Of a stretch of 64,000 nt of DNA, positions 9,199-19,793 are shown piece by piece. The notes under the pieces are model-generated. The model worked only from the letters and a program-made list of their open reading frames with translations, had not been told where the DNA came from and ran no database searches. The position numbers were made by a program, and so were the translations under genes. Where the stretch lies: positions 124,001-188,000 of the IMG/VR virus record IMGVR_UViG_3300042514_000542. One strand, written 5' to 3'. Positions within the stretch are counted from its first letter, which is position 1. Every line of letters begins with the position of its first letter.

Positions 9199-11151
9199 TT
9201 ATTTATAGTAAGAAAGAACTTCCATGGTATCAAGTTTAAAATCATCATCATCCCAGACTTTCTCGTTGATAAGTTTTTCAAACATTTTGTCGAAGGATTC
9301 CTTTACCTTAACCTTTGTCCCATCTATATCAGTTTTTATAGCCGCATATAATCGCATAAATGAATTATATCTATTACCTCCGCTAATATCCATCGGTTTA
9401 GGACTTGCAAGTACCAATATATGACGCATCTTAAATGATTCGGGTAAGCCTAATTCGTTGATAAGTTCTCTAATCAAATCTTTACTAAGTTTATTAATCC
9501 ATACATCTCTAACCTTTAATCCGGTTAATGATGGAACTATCTCCAACAGTCTCGGTGACTTAAATTTCGCAGCGACACTATCAAATAACTCATCACCCTT
9601 CATACCCTTAAACGCTAACAAATATTCACTTAAAGTATCCCAAACATCACTCTTACTTTCGTCATATTCCTTACTCTTCAATTGAATGGGTTTAGTGGAA
9701 ACCCCTTTAAATACATTAAGTATAATGGAGAATGGTAACTTCTCAAAATCTCTAACTGATGTTATATTAGCATTTCTGTCGAGTTGTAAACTCGTCACAT
9801 ATTCTCTATTATCATACGCTCTTTGGAATCTCTCAAGATATCCTATGAATGGGTTAATATTAGGATCTTCTGATGTTAAGCATAGAAGTTTATCAATTTT
9901 ATCATTGTTACTTGACGGCATACCAGACCAACTAATTTGAGAAAAATCTTTGACTGTTTTTTCTTTAGGAACTTGTAGGTCTTTGATTATACGCCTAGCT
10001 GAAGAATTAACCTCGTCTATAAATTGAATTTGTGTTTCTTTATCTACTTTTTCGTTAATCGCATTGATTTGATTTATATGGTCTTCAACATTTTTCAAAT
10101 CGTTTACAACATCTCGATATTTTTCTTCCATTACTTCAATCTCTTCAATCAAATCTAAGATTTTAGCCTTTTCTCGAACAATAGCCGAACTACTTAAATT
10201 AGCATTTGTGTGCTTATCTTCCAGATTAATCTTTCGTCTAACCGCAGATCTATATCGTTTAACTTCAGGTAATGCTTTTTCGTATTTTTTACTATTAATT
10301 TTCTTCGTTAGGGATGATATATTATCACTAATAGTGGATATATTACTATTCAAATTTTTTACTTTAGTTACATCCTTCGTTAAAAGAATTTCATGATTCA
10401 AATTCTTCAAAAGTTTTGTTTTGGTTTCAATTTCACGATACATGTCATATATATCAAAGAAATGTGTGTTTTTACTTTTCTTATTGTTATCCTCTATCGC
10501 CTTGACTCTCGCAGATATTTCAGCATATAATTCCCTAAGTTGATTGAATTTAGTTGGTGAGGAATTATACTTTTCATAATCGTTTACCCTGACACGATAA
10601 TGTCGCAGTCGAGTTTGTAATTCTGTGACCTCTTCAGCCCTTTTAACCTTCATGAAATTGAGATTGTCTAATTTCTTCTCATAATCATACGCTTCTTTGA
10701 CTTCTCTACCTCTAAAATCTTCAACGGTTCTAGATAGCCCATACGATGCCCTCTGTTTACCAAAACTTGTAGCAAGTTTGTTAAAATTTGTAATGAATGT
10801 TGGATCATTAGCCAATAACCCAAAGCTGGTTGTGAAACTTGCGTACATCATAGATCCAGCAGCAGCACCTATATCACCACGCTTTTTAATATCCAATTTA
10901 CCATCCTTTGAAATATTATATTCGTATGGATTGAATTCCCATCTAGAAATCGGAACAACCGCTTCAGGGTTATCATTTCTACCAACTGAACTCGATCCAA
11001 CCTTACCTACAAATTTACCATCTCCTGCATTCACCATCTGAGTTGGGTCTGACTCCATAGCATTATGGATTCTAGCACCACCCATATTCTTAGGGGCTGA
11101 TGGTCTAAATCCCGCTTCGGTGACTAAATTGAACAGTTTTTCGAACTTCAT
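9199..11151 (-). CDS. Large coiled-coil putative internal head protein
   Basis: MKFEKLFNLVTE N-terminus, central coiled coil, KESFDKMFEKLINE C-terminal motif; late promoter. Confidence 0.6.
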   Translation of the reverse strand: MKFEKLFNLVTEAGFRPSAPKNMGGARIHNAMESDPTQMVNAGDGKFVGKVGSSSVGRNDNPEAVVPISRWEFNPYEYNISKDGKLDIKKRGDIGAAAGSMMYASFTTSFGLLANDPTFITNFNKLATSFGKQRASYGLSRTVEDFRGREVKEAYDYEKKLDNLNFMKVKRAEEVTELQTRLRHYRVRVNDYEKYNSSPTKFNQLRELYAEISARVKAIEDNNKKSKNTHFFDIYDMYREIETKTKLLKNLNHEILLTKDVTKVKNLNSNISTISDNISSLTKKINSKKYEKALPEVKRYRSAVRRKINLEDKHTNANLSSSAIVREKAKILDLIEEIEVMEEKYRDVVNDLKNVEDHINQINAINEKVDKETQIQFIDEVNSSARRIIKDLQVPKEKTVKDFSQISWSGMPSSNNDKIDKLLCLTSEDPNINPFIGYLERFQRAYDNREYVTSLQLDRNANITSVRDFEKLPFSIILNVFKGVSTKPIQLKSKEYDESKSDVWDTLSEYLLAFKGMKGDELFDSVAAKFKSPRLLEIVPSLTGLKVRDVWINKLSKDLIRELINELGLPESFKMRHILVLASPKPMDISGGNRYNSFMRLYAAIKTDIDGTKVKVKESFDKMFEKLINEKVWDDDDFKLDTMEVLSYYK

Positions 11152-11156
11152 ATAGT

Positions 11157-11180
11157 TATTTATCTCTAAAATGTTAAATA
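11157..11180. promoter_or_regulatory. Divergent pair of late promoters
   Basis: TAAATA 5 nt before ATG 11151 (-) and 5 nt before ATG 11186 (+). Confidence 0.8.
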
Positions 11181-11185
11181 AGTCT

Positions 11186-11743
11186 ATGGGAAAGAAATTT
11201 GACGCAATTTTTGAAGCAGTAGTATCAAGGTATCAGATTGGCGGGTATTTGCCGGGAGATATCGTGAAGTTTCGACCAAATTATAAATCAACACCAACAT
11301 ATAAAGCTATGCATTCTGAAATGCAGAGAGAGCTTGACGAATTGGTAAAAAGTGGACTTAATATCAAAGTTACTCAAGTCGGTTCAAAGACCTACAACCA
11401 ATCTTCCGCAAATGATCACAAAACCGCCGATAATGTAGTTATTACAATTGCTGGGGATCATGGTGGTGGTCGCCATTTCGGATCTATTACAGTTTCCCCA
11501 GAAATGATTGATATTGTTGGTGCTGGAGATCCCACACCACCTGTTGCATCTCAATTCTATAGAGACGATGAGAAGTATCTCAATGGTAAGACCGAAGAAT
11601 GGAAGGCAGACCAACAAAACATTACTAGAGTCACTGATAAAGGAAATGGTAAGAACACTCCAACCGATCTTAAATTAGCGGGAGAAGGAACTCGCCTTAA
11701 GAGGGATAATGATAATATGGCGATGCTCTATGAAGGACTTTGA
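11186..11743 (+). CDS. Hypothetical virion protein
   Basis: MGKKFDAIFE start after TAAATA-N5. Confidence 0.65.
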   Translation: MGKKFDAIFEAVVSRYQIGGYLPGDIVKFRPNYKSTPTYKAMHSEMQRELDELVKSGLNIKVTQVGSKTYNQSSANDHKTADNVVITIAGDHGGGRHFGSITVSPEMIDIVGAGDPTPPVASQFYRDDEKYLNGKTEEWKADQQNITRVTDKGNGKNTPTDLKLAGEGTRLKRDNDNMAMLYEGL

Positions 11744-12857
11744 TAAAAATAATATAGCGAAACTATATTTAGAAAATGTCAATCCAAACATCTCAGAAGA
11801 GGATCAGAAGAAACTTGCTGATTTTTTCGTTCAATTAGTTGTAAAAATTGAACAAGGTGATCAGGAAGCTCAACAATTACTAAACCTACCACCTGATCAA
11901 CTATTACAACATATTCAAAACTCTCAACAAGTCCAACAGGAAGCATTTGAAAATATTAGAAGTAGGATTGGTGGAGCATTTAAAGGAACTGGGCCAGCAC
12001 AGCAAAGATATGGAATTCTGCTCAAGAATGTTCAAAAGAAGTTGTGGGAGTTGGGACAAGATATCCAATCGACACAAGATCAGAATAATATAGCGTCATA
12101 TCAAGATCTTATATCCCAAGTTCAAGCAGTTGAACCAACAATGGTTCCCACACCGGGATCTCTTCAACAATTGGGATATAATATTGGGAAGGGTGTTGGG
12201 GCTGTAGGTAAGATAGCGGGAACAGTGGCAGGTGCAGGATTAATAGCCAGCACATTATCCACGGTGGGTCTTCCCATTGCTGCGGTTGGTGCTGTTGTTG
12301 GTGGTGGTATCAGCACACTCAAAAACCTATCAAACACCAACATGACTCCGGGTGAAAAGATTAAAAAAGCTTTGATAAGCGCAGGACTCGGTGCTGTTAC
12401 GGCATATGCTCTTAGTGAATTGAGAGATGCTATGTCCGACACATCAATGGATGCGGCAAGAGCAGAAGCGGATAGAATAGACCTAAATGGGGAAACGCTT
12501 AGAAGTTCTGAAGAATTAATAGATCAAGGCGTTGAAGGTGTCCCAGAAACGGGAGTTGCTCAAGGCGTTGAAGGTGTCCCAGAAACGGGAGTTGCTCAAA
12601 ACGCATCCGGTGGGATAGATTCTACCGCAAAAGTACGTATTGCGGCTCCAGATCTTCCGAATTCCGAACGAATTGCATTCACTAGAGGTAAAATACAAGC
12701 ATTGCGACAATTGACCGCACATTTAGGGACTGATACAATACGGGGTGTCACATATGATCAAGTTATTGGTGCAGATGGTAATATGTATGTTACCGCTAAA
12801 TGGTCACAGGCAATGTCGGATACTGCTGCTAAAATTTCTAGACAGATGGGAAATTAA
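11730..12857 (+). CDS. Putative ejected/membrane-active head protein with Gly/Ala-rich hydrophobic hairpin
   Basis: Start MKDFDKNNIAKLYLE at 11730; GKGVGAVGKIAGTVAGAGLIA...AVGAVVGGGI segment. Confidence 0.55.
   Translation: MKDFDKNNIAKLYLENVNPNISEEDQKKLADFFVQLVVKIEQGDQEAQQLLNLPPDQLLQHIQNSQQVQQEAFENIRSRIGGAFKGTGPAQQRYGILLKNVQKKLWELGQDIQSTQDQNNIASYQDLISQVQAVEPTMVPTPGSLQQLGYNIGKGVGAVGKIAGTVAGAGLIASTLSTVGLPIAAVGAVVGGGISTLKNLSNTNMTPGEKIKKALISAGLGAVTAYALSELRDAMSDTSMDAARAEADRIDLNGETLRSSEELIDQGVEGVPETGVAQGVEGVPETGVAQNASGGIDSTAKVRIAAPDLPNSERIAFTRGKIQALRQLTAHLGTDTIRGVTYDQVIGADGNMYVTAKWSQAMSDTAAKISRQMGN
12524..12599 (+). repeat. Perfect 36-bp tandem duplication (QGVEGVPETGVA x2)
   Basis: caaggcgttgaaggtgtcccagaaacgggagttgct at 12525-12560 and 12561-12596. 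Confidence 0.95.
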
Positions 12858-12860
12858 ACA

Positions 12861-13163
12861 ATGAATAAACAAGATCAAATAAATATAGCGCAACTCTACG
12901 AAGAAGGGTTATGGGATAGGATGAAAGCATCGGCTTCCGGTGTATCTGCTGGAGTCAAAGGGTTCTTGGGTGGTAATGGTTATGCTAAATCGGCACAATC
13001 GGCAAAAAAATCCAGCTTAATGAGGGGTAAACTTTCATCAATATTGCAAGATATTCAAAAATTTGAAACTGACATGGGAAGATATAAAAATGATCCGTCT
13101 GCATCGACATTCTCACAAAAAACATCTCAAATTAAACAAATAATTAACAATTTCAATAAATAA
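12861..13163 (+). CDS. Small putative head protein
   Basis: MNKQDQINIAQLYEE-GLWDRMKA. Confidence 0.65.
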   Translation: MNKQDQINIAQLYEEGLWDRMKASASGVSAGVKGFLGGNGYAKSAQSAKKSSLMRGKLSSILQDIQKFETDMGRYKNDPSASTFSQKTSQIKQIINNFNK

Positions 13164-13167
13164 TATT

Positions 13168-13821
13168 ATGTCAGCATACAATCGCAGCGATATGAAACTT
13201 CTTGAAGAAGCCTATAACCTTAGACTCCTTAAAGAACAAGCCCCACACATGACAATCAATGATGTAAAGAACCGTTTACATCTGATGAATGAATCAGAAC
13301 TGGAATATATTAACACTGTTAACGAAAGAATTCTTAATGAATTCTGGGGTGGACTTAAAAGTGTCGGTCAAGGAATTAAAAATGCTGGTGGTGCGGCTTT
13401 ACAAGCTGGTAAGAATGCTGGGAATGCTGCTCTACAGGCTGGAAAGGCTGCTGCTGGGAATGTAGCCAATGCTGCTTCTGCGGCTGGACAGGGCGCACTT
13501 GCCGCTGGCAAACAAGTCGTAGATAATGCTAAGGACATGTATAGTGCTGGTAATGTCGCATCACAATCCGATGAAGCAATTACTAAGGCTCAGACATCAA
13601 TGCAACAACTTATCGACCTTGTAACACAAGCACAAGCAAATGGTCTTATTAAGGCTCAAGGTGATGTTACAGACATGACATTAGCTGATATCATCGATGA
13701 ACTTACAACTGCACAACAATCAGCACAAACATTCAAGCAAGGGGCGCAAACTAAAGGATTTACTGGTGGTGCTGGACAAGCAGCTAAAGCTGCATATCAA
13801 GGAGCGAGACAACCAATTTAA
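13168..13821 (+). CDS. Ala/Gly/Gln-rich putative head protein
   Basis: KNAGxAALQAG repeats, ILNE-FWGGLK motif, TAAATA-N5-ATG. Confidence 0.65.
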   Translation: MSAYNRSDMKLLEEAYNLRLLKEQAPHMTINDVKNRLHLMNESELEYINTVNERILNEFWGGLKSVGQGIKNAGGAALQAGKNAGNAALQAGKAAAGNVANAASAAGQGALAAGKQVVDNAKDMYSAGNVASQSDEAITKAQTSMQQLIDLVTQAQANGLIKAQGDVTDMTLADIIDELTTAQQSAQTFKQGAQTKGFTGGAGQAAKAAYQGARQPI

Positions 13822-14735
13822 ACGTCCTCTAAATTCAACAAACATGCAAAGAAATTAATCTCTTTGTCATTAACACGGGTAGCTTTATCCAAATGGTCGG
13901 CAATGGTAATAATCATTGCCTTCTTTTTTGAATCATCTATGGATTGATCGTAAATATAATTCAATAGATCTACTAAAAGTTGCTCCCAATCAGAGTTGAA
14001 CTGTGCATCGTTTGCAATTAGATGCTTTCTAGTCTCCAAGGACTTCTTAGACACTACATTCTTGAAGACCATATCACATAATTGTGAATTGTTGATAGAT
14101 TCTCCAATAGTTAGAACTCCATTCACACAATGCTTCTGTAGTTCACCAATACACTTTCTTAAATCTGGAAATGATTGCTTAACTAGACGAATTACCTGTT
14201 TCTTCTGATCCTGATCAATTTCAACACCTTCAGACTTGAGAATGTTTAAACATCTAATGACTGTATCTCTCAATGTGGATCTTATGTCAAAACTTTGACA
14301 ACGAGATTGGACGGCAACACTAATTTTATGTCTTGAGTTACCAGTTAGAATGAATCTAGCTGAATTAGCATAAGATTCCATAAGATTTCTCAAACATTTT
14401 TGACCATCTATCGTCAAACCATCCGCTTCATCTAAAATGACAAGCTTCAAATTACCATCCAGACTTTTGGTTTGAACGAATCCGGTGACTTTGTTTCGGA
14501 TAGTATCGATACCATTCTCATCGGATGCATTGATATAAAGATAGTCACAATCCAATATAGTCTGAGCTAAAATTCTAGCTAATGTGGTTTTACCCGATCC
14601 GGGTTTACCTATAAATAATAAGTGAGGAATTTCATTACCCCAACTTAAAATTATCTCTCGTAATTCATCTGATATACAGAGATCATCAAGAGTCTGTGGG
14701 CGGTATTTTTCAATCCAAAGGTTGTCGTATCTCAT
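13818..14735 (-). CDS. 44: Clamp loader ATPase subunit (gp44/RFC small subunit-like)
   Basis: LWIEKYRPQ, GKPGSGKTT, INASDENG, ILDEAD, SRC. Confidence 0.95.
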   Translation of the reverse strand: MRYDNLWIEKYRPQTLDDLCISDELREIILSWGNEIPHLLFIGKPGSGKTTLARILAQTILDCDYLYINASDENGIDTIRNKVTGFVQTKSLDGNLKLVILDEADGLTIDGQKCLRNLMESYANSARFILTGNSRHKISVAVQSRCQSFDIRSTLRDTVIRCLNILKSEGVEIDQDQKKQVIRLVKQSFPDLRKCIGELQKHCVNGVLTIGESINNSQLCDMVFKNVVSKKSLETRKHLIANDAQFNSDWEQLLVDLLNYIYDQSIDDSKKKAMIITIADHLDKATRVNDKEINFFACLLNLEDV

Positions 14736-15466
14736 ATCTCTTTCAGAAAGATATCACGATTGGTTCTTTTGTCAAGAGCGCGAACAAATTCGGCACACTC
14801 CAATAGATCGTCATGTGTGCCACAATCAAACCAAACCCCGTCAAATTCATCAACCCCAACACCCTCTTCCAAATCCATAGCACGAATAAGATCAACTATT
14901 TCCAATTCCCCTCTATGTGATGGTCTGATAGTCTTAGCTAGTTCTACAGCTTTATTGGTGAATACATATAATCCTATAACAGCATCATTACTGACAAATG
15001 TTGAAGGTTTTTCAACTAAATGTGAAATACATCCAAATTCATCACATTTAACCACACCATACGCTGATGGATCTTTAACTTTATATGTGAAAATGGTGTT
15101 TGGTTGGGAATTTAATGGACTACCACCCAAAAATACATTATCACCCAATATCAAAGTAACATCATCATCACCAATAAATTCCTCACCTAGAATAAATGCT
15201 TCAGCTAATCCATTAGCCTCTCCTTGTATCACATATTGGATATTGACACCATATTTTTTACCATAATACAAATATCCTAGAAATATATCTAATTGTTCTT
15301 CTGAAGAAACTATAATTAAAATGTCCTTAATACCCATGTCGATCAAAGTCTTCAATGGGTAAAATATCATTGGTTGTTTATACACTGGTAGTAATTGCTT
15401 ACTAATACCATATGTTAATGGATATAGTCTACTACCCTTACCTCCAGCTAAAATTATTCCTTTCAT
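14732..15466 (-). CDS. rmlA: Glucose-1-phosphate thymidylyltransferase
   Basis: KGIILAGGKGSRLYPLT, SKQLLPVY, LGDN, EKP, RGELEI, WFDCGT. Confidence 0.93.
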   Translation of the reverse strand: MKGIILAGGKGSRLYPLTYGISKQLLPVYKQPMIFYPLKTLIDMGIKDILIIVSSEEQLDIFLGYLYYGKKYGVNIQYVIQGEANGLAEAFILGEEFIGDDDVTLILGDNVFLGGSPLNSQPNTIFTYKVKDPSAYGVVKCDEFGCISHLVEKPSTFVSNDAVIGLYVFTNKAVELAKTIRPSHRGELEIVDLIRAMDLEEGVGVDEFDGVWFDCGTHDDLLECAEFVRALDKRTNRDIFLKEI

Positions 15467-16371
15467 ACTCCTCGAACCCCGTTTATACCATTACAAACCA
15501 TATTCAAAATTTCATCTTCTGTGTGTAGTTTACAAATCTTCGATGCCTTAGTATTATTCAATACACAATTACTTCTAGGTGCTGCTATATTGAGTTCATC
15601 GACAGACACCCAATTCGGGTCGAGTTTTCTCCAATTACCCCCATTCATATAATTCAACTTATCTATCACATTATATGTATCCATTGGCTCCGAATTAACC
15701 ACATTGTAAATGTCTTGCCCTAACCAATCCAAACATTTGGTGATGAGAGCTTCTATAAAATTACACAGATCTGGAATATATGTCTTAGAATTTGTGTAAT
15801 TAACAAGATTTGGATATTTCATGATCTTATTAAGATAATTTCTGGGATTATCTAGATCATTACAGATGGGCATCCTAACTCGAACAATCTTATTGTGTAG
15901 GTGGGATGACCCTAACTCAAATGCATGTTTACTTTTACTATAGAAACTGCTATAGTCGAAAAGACCAAAATCTGGAGTGTCTTTTTCGGTATATTCCTTC
16001 AAATATCCACTATATATACATCCTGAAGAGATGTGGATATATCTAATCCCCAATCTATTACATAATGAATTTATCCTAAGCGGCGATAGAACGTTCAACT
16101 CCCAACACTCTGGTTTACGTGATTCAGCTTCATCTACATTTGGCTTTCCAGTAAACCCAGAACAATTAACCACATAATCAATATTGTGATTTAAAAGGTA
16201 TTTCGAAAGTTCCGATAAATCGTGGTAGTTGATGTGTTTACTACTAATAATCTCCACATTAAATTTACCACTATTCGTAAGATAGTGATGTAGGGCTGAT
16301 CCGATATATCCCGAACCCAAAATACAAATTTTATCCTTCAATGGACTCTTCAATAAATTCTCTGATGTCAT
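15463..16371 (-). CDS. NDP-4-keto-6-deoxyhexose epimerase/reductase (RmlD/NRS-ER-like SDR)
   Basis: LGSGYIG, GFTGKPNVD, SSGCIY, YSKSK catalytic motif; start uncertain. Confidence 0.8.
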   Translation of the reverse strand: MTSENLLKSPLKDKICILGSGYIGSALHHYLTNSGKFNVEIISSKHINYHDLSELSKYLLNHNIDYVVNCSGFTGKPNVDEAESRKPECWELNVLSPLRINSLCNRLGIRYIHISSGCIYSGYLKEYTEKDTPDFGLFDYSSFYSKSKHAFELGSSHLHNKIVRVRMPICNDLDNPRNYLNKIMKYPNLVNYTNSKTYIPDLCNFIEALITKCLDWLGQDIYNVVNSEPMDTYNVIDKLNYMNGGNWRKLDPNWVSVDELNIAAPRSNCVLNNTKASKICKLHTEDEILNMVCNGINGVRGV

Positions 16372-16546
16372 TTAGAGACATCGTATCATTTGATTGAATG
16401 ATGTCAAGCATCATTTCCGAAAATTGATCACCCATTGAGCTTAGTTCTGAATCTTCAGTGGAATCGAGCAATTCCTGAATTTCATAAATAGCATCTAACA
16501 GTTTATCTTCCTTATCCTTCAGTTTTTTTAGCAATTTTCTAGTCAT
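16331..16546 (-). CDS. Small acidic hypothetical protein
   Basis: TATAAATA-N6-ATG; heads the sugar-enzyme/clamp-loader operon. Confidence 0.7.
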   Translation of the reverse strand: MTRKLLKKLKDKEDKLLDAIYEIQELLDSTEDSELSSMGDQFSEMMLDIIQSNDTMSLNDIREFIEESIEG

Positions 16547-16621
16547 TTGTTGTATTTATACTCCACGCAAGAATATCAAGCATATAATTGTATAATGATG
16601 TTAAATCTCTAAATAATTAGG

Positions 16622-19294
16622 ATGGCACTATCAATTCAACTTGGATATCCAGATGTCCCTAAGTCAATAACAAATCCGAACGTTAAATTACATGACGCTT
16701 TGGATGTTGACGGACCGATATCATTTTTGGAGTTCATCAAAACAATTAATACATCATTTGAACCCGACACCCTACAAAAATATTATAATTTTTATTTGAC
16801 GACTTGGAGTAATAAAAATTCTAATAAGAATACTGACGCTCAAGATCTAATTGTAGAGAATTATAGGACATTTATAAAAGAGGTCGCCATAAACTATACA
16901 ACCAACGAAGAGAAACAATTCCTTAAGTCTATTGATTTCGATGATGAGTTTGATATGGATGTGATTTTAGGTTTCTATAGCAAAAAACTATTGGAATTAT
17001 CATCACTGTATAATAAGAAGAGAACGGATGTTAAGTTTGGCATAACTAGGAATAAACTTAGAGGAACAAATATCGGAATCAGTAAGGAAATTATTGAAAC
17101 CACACTATCGTATCTAAAAAACTTAGAGGGTGGTAAAATTTTATTCGACTATGATTTGATAAAATCTAGATTAGAGGTTGAAATAAGTGAATTATACGAC
17201 GGATATGCCTATTACTTCAATCAAATTCCAAATACGGCAATTTACGACAATAAAGACTTGGATTATGGTTATGATATTTTCTTAAAGGATAATACCACCC
17301 TAATTTCAGAAATTTTTAGTGGATTGTCTGAAGAAATGAGAGATCTGAAAGAGGTTAATGACCTATTTGATAATAAAAGGAAACTCACAGAAAAATACAT
17401 ATCTACAGATTTTTATTACTTATCGACTGGAAATACCACTTCGGAATTTCTATCAGGTAAATTATTTTCATCAGATAATCAATCAGCCAATTTTAAAAAT
17501 CGCAAATTTCCAACTACTGCATCGACACCCAGAACTGAAAACTTAGTAGATAAGAGAGATGTTGGGTTCTTTAAGCCTTGTAAACACGCTATTATAACTC
17601 TTGATGGAACTTCCAAGGGGTTCGCATTCAATTTTGAAAATCTAGAACCAAACTCTCTATATTATTTTCCAGATCCCACAATAACAGGGGATAATGGAGA
17701 TGTAATAACATTTATTATAGATGATAGTCAAATTAAAAAGAACTACTCTTCAGGAATCGCAGCGAATCAACCGAATAGTTCAGATAGAGACACTCAATAT
17801 TTCGGATATGTCACAAAGACACCACCAGTGCCTCAAAAATATCTCGACTATGTGTTCAACTCAGGGTTTGTTCAAGACTTAAAGTATGATATTTTTGGTA
17901 ACACATTTGGTTTATTTAAAGATGATCATAGACATAAGAAAACTATAAAATTTTTACCGGACACCGATATCTACAATGTAGTGTTTAATGGGTATCAATT
18001 TTACGATGGTCTATATAATGAATATCTATCATTCAACTATCAAACAAGTGATAGTGTAACTTATAATGAAACCATTAGAAGTGGATTATCTTCCAATACA
18101 TCAGGATTTACGAACTTCCAATCGGATGTAGTGGCATCATTCGGAGTATTCTCACCTTATAATGAGATAGTAGAATCAACTGAAAATGTAACTACATATA
18201 GAATACTTGAAGGCGCATTTATATCTAAAGATGATTTTTCACTATACCCAGAAGTATCGTCAGATTTATCGGCTTTTGAAATATCAACAACTCCAATGTA
18301 TTACACTGTCTTGATTGAAGGTGGTATAGCGGATATCAACCCTCTTCAACGAGCATTAAACGACCCCCTATACCCAAATCTGAGTGCTGATTTAACAGAA
18401 TTCATACAAACATCGGCTATATCTATCGTTGATGGTGGGTTTTTCGAAGACGGTTCGGATTTCAATATATCTATAACACCCAACGACTATGTATTTTTTC
18501 CCGATGTTGAAAATACCACAACATATACCCTAACCACAACGCCATACGATTCGGATTATGATTTAAATGGTCAAATTTACGTTAAAAATTACTCAAATAA
18601 GACCATTTATACATTATCTGAAATGCTTCCATATTTATCCAATAAATACTCCTCTGGTGTATTGGATGAATTGAATACTAATGTGATTAGGTTCGATATT
18701 GCCAACGATGTAATGTTTTTCGAAACCCCATCATACCTTATAATTGATAGGGTACTTATGAATGATGGAGTGTTTGTAGACCCCAGAACTGCTCCGATAA
18801 CGATAGTTACGGGTGATGAATATAGTAAAATATCCAATAGATTCAGAGTCAACCAAACAGTCTATTACTGTAATACTAAAACTCAAACACCCGCCATATC
18901 ATCTAATAATTTTATAGTATATCCAGAGATATACGCATTCGATCTAGTTAATTTTAGAAATAATAAAATATTCCCACTCGATGAAGCCGATATAACTACC
19001 TTCTTTAGTATATCTGGTGATGGTGTTAGATATACCTATCTGGATAGTCCAATACTGACCTATAGTAGTAAAAACAATATCTTTAACCTCTCATTTTTAA
19101 TGAAAGACCAAAACGATATGCCTAGATTGCATCAGTTGGATTTCTATCTTAACCCAAACATATCATTTAGTTCCCATACTATTCACAATTTTTCACCCTT
19201 CTCAAAGTCATACACCCTATCGTCTATAAACAATCTATCCCTATACTTATCTGGGGGTAATATAACATATGTTGGGGAAGAACTTATACTATGA
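16622..19294 (+). CDS. Large baseplate/tail structural protein
   Basis: 890 aa, late promoter, N/S/T/Y-rich, first gene of the tail cluster. Confidence 0.6.
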   Translation: MALSIQLGYPDVPKSITNPNVKLHDALDVDGPISFLEFIKTINTSFEPDTLQKYYNFYLTTWSNKNSNKNTDAQDLIVENYRTFIKEVAINYTTNEEKQFLKSIDFDDEFDMDVILGFYSKKLLELSSLYNKKRTDVKFGITRNKLRGTNIGISKEIIETTLSYLKNLEGGKILFDYDLIKSRLEVEISELYDGYAYYFNQIPNTAIYDNKDLDYGYDIFLKDNTTLISEIFSGLSEEMRDLKEVNDLFDNKRKLTEKYISTDFYYLSTGNTTSEFLSGKLFSSDNQSANFKNRKFPTTASTPRTENLVDKRDVGFFKPCKHAIITLDGTSKGFAFNFENLEPNSLYYFPDPTITGDNGDVITFIIDDSQIKKNYSSGIAANQPNSSDRDTQYFGYVTKTPPVPQKYLDYVFNSGFVQDLKYDIFGNTFGLFKDDHRHKKTIKFLPDTDIYNVVFNGYQFYDGLYNEYLSFNYQTSDSVTYNETIRSGLSSNTSGFTNFQSDVVASFGVFSPYNEIVESTENVTTYRILEGAFISKDDFSLYPEVSSDLSAFEISTTPMYYTVLIEGGIADINPLQRALNDPLYPNLSADLTEFIQTSAISIVDGGFFEDGSDFNISITPNDYVFFPDVENTTTYTLTTTPYDSDYDLNGQIYVKNYSNKTIYTLSEMLPYLSNKYSSGVLDELNTNVIRFDIANDVMFFETPSYLIIDRVLMNDGVFVDPRTAPITIVTGDEYSKISNRFRVNQTVYYCNTKTQTPAISSNNFIVYPEIYAFDLVNFRNNKIFPLDEADITTFFSISGDGVRYTYLDSPILTYSSKNNIFNLSFLMKDQNDMPRLHQLDFYLNPNISFSSHTIHNFSPFSKSYTLSSINNLSLYLSGGNITYVGEELIL

Positions 19295-19785
19295 ATACAT
19301 ATACGATAAATTTATCCTCGAATTCATCCAATTATAGTCAAAAACTATCAACCACACATTTTGATGATATTTCGAAACTTGAAATAATCCCCCATAATCT
19401 TTTTAGTGGGTCAATTCCACTATATATAGTGATTGATTGGGGTGACGGTGTATCTGAGACTATAAATAATTCTATAGAATCTGATAGATTGGCTGCAACA
19501 GTGTCCACCACTCATGATATGTTTTATAAAACATATAGCCATGAATATTATCCATCGACTAATTCACTATACAAACAATTAAGCGCACAAATACTGGTCT
19601 TCTATATGAATGGTGAGTTTTCTTTTTTTGTAATACCTATTCAAATCAGAACATACGATTATTTCGAATCGATGTATGACATACATCTGAAACACACGAA
19701 TATTCTACCCCTTGAATACAATCCAAAGGAACATTATTTCTCAACTGAGAGAGATGGTTACTTAATAGAACTACGAGGTAATTAA
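19291..19785 (+). CDS. PKD-like structural protein
   Basis: IDWGDG motif; ATGA coupling. Confidence 0.6.
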   Translation: MNTYTINLSSNSSNYSQKLSTTHFDDISKLEIIPHNLFSGSIPLYIVIDWGDGVSETINNSIESDRLAATVSTTHDMFYKTYSHEYYPSTNSLYKQLSAQILVFYMNGEFSFFVIPIQIRTYDYFESMYDIHLKHTNILPLEYNPKEHYFSTERDGYLIELRGN

Positions 19786-19793
19786 ATAATATT

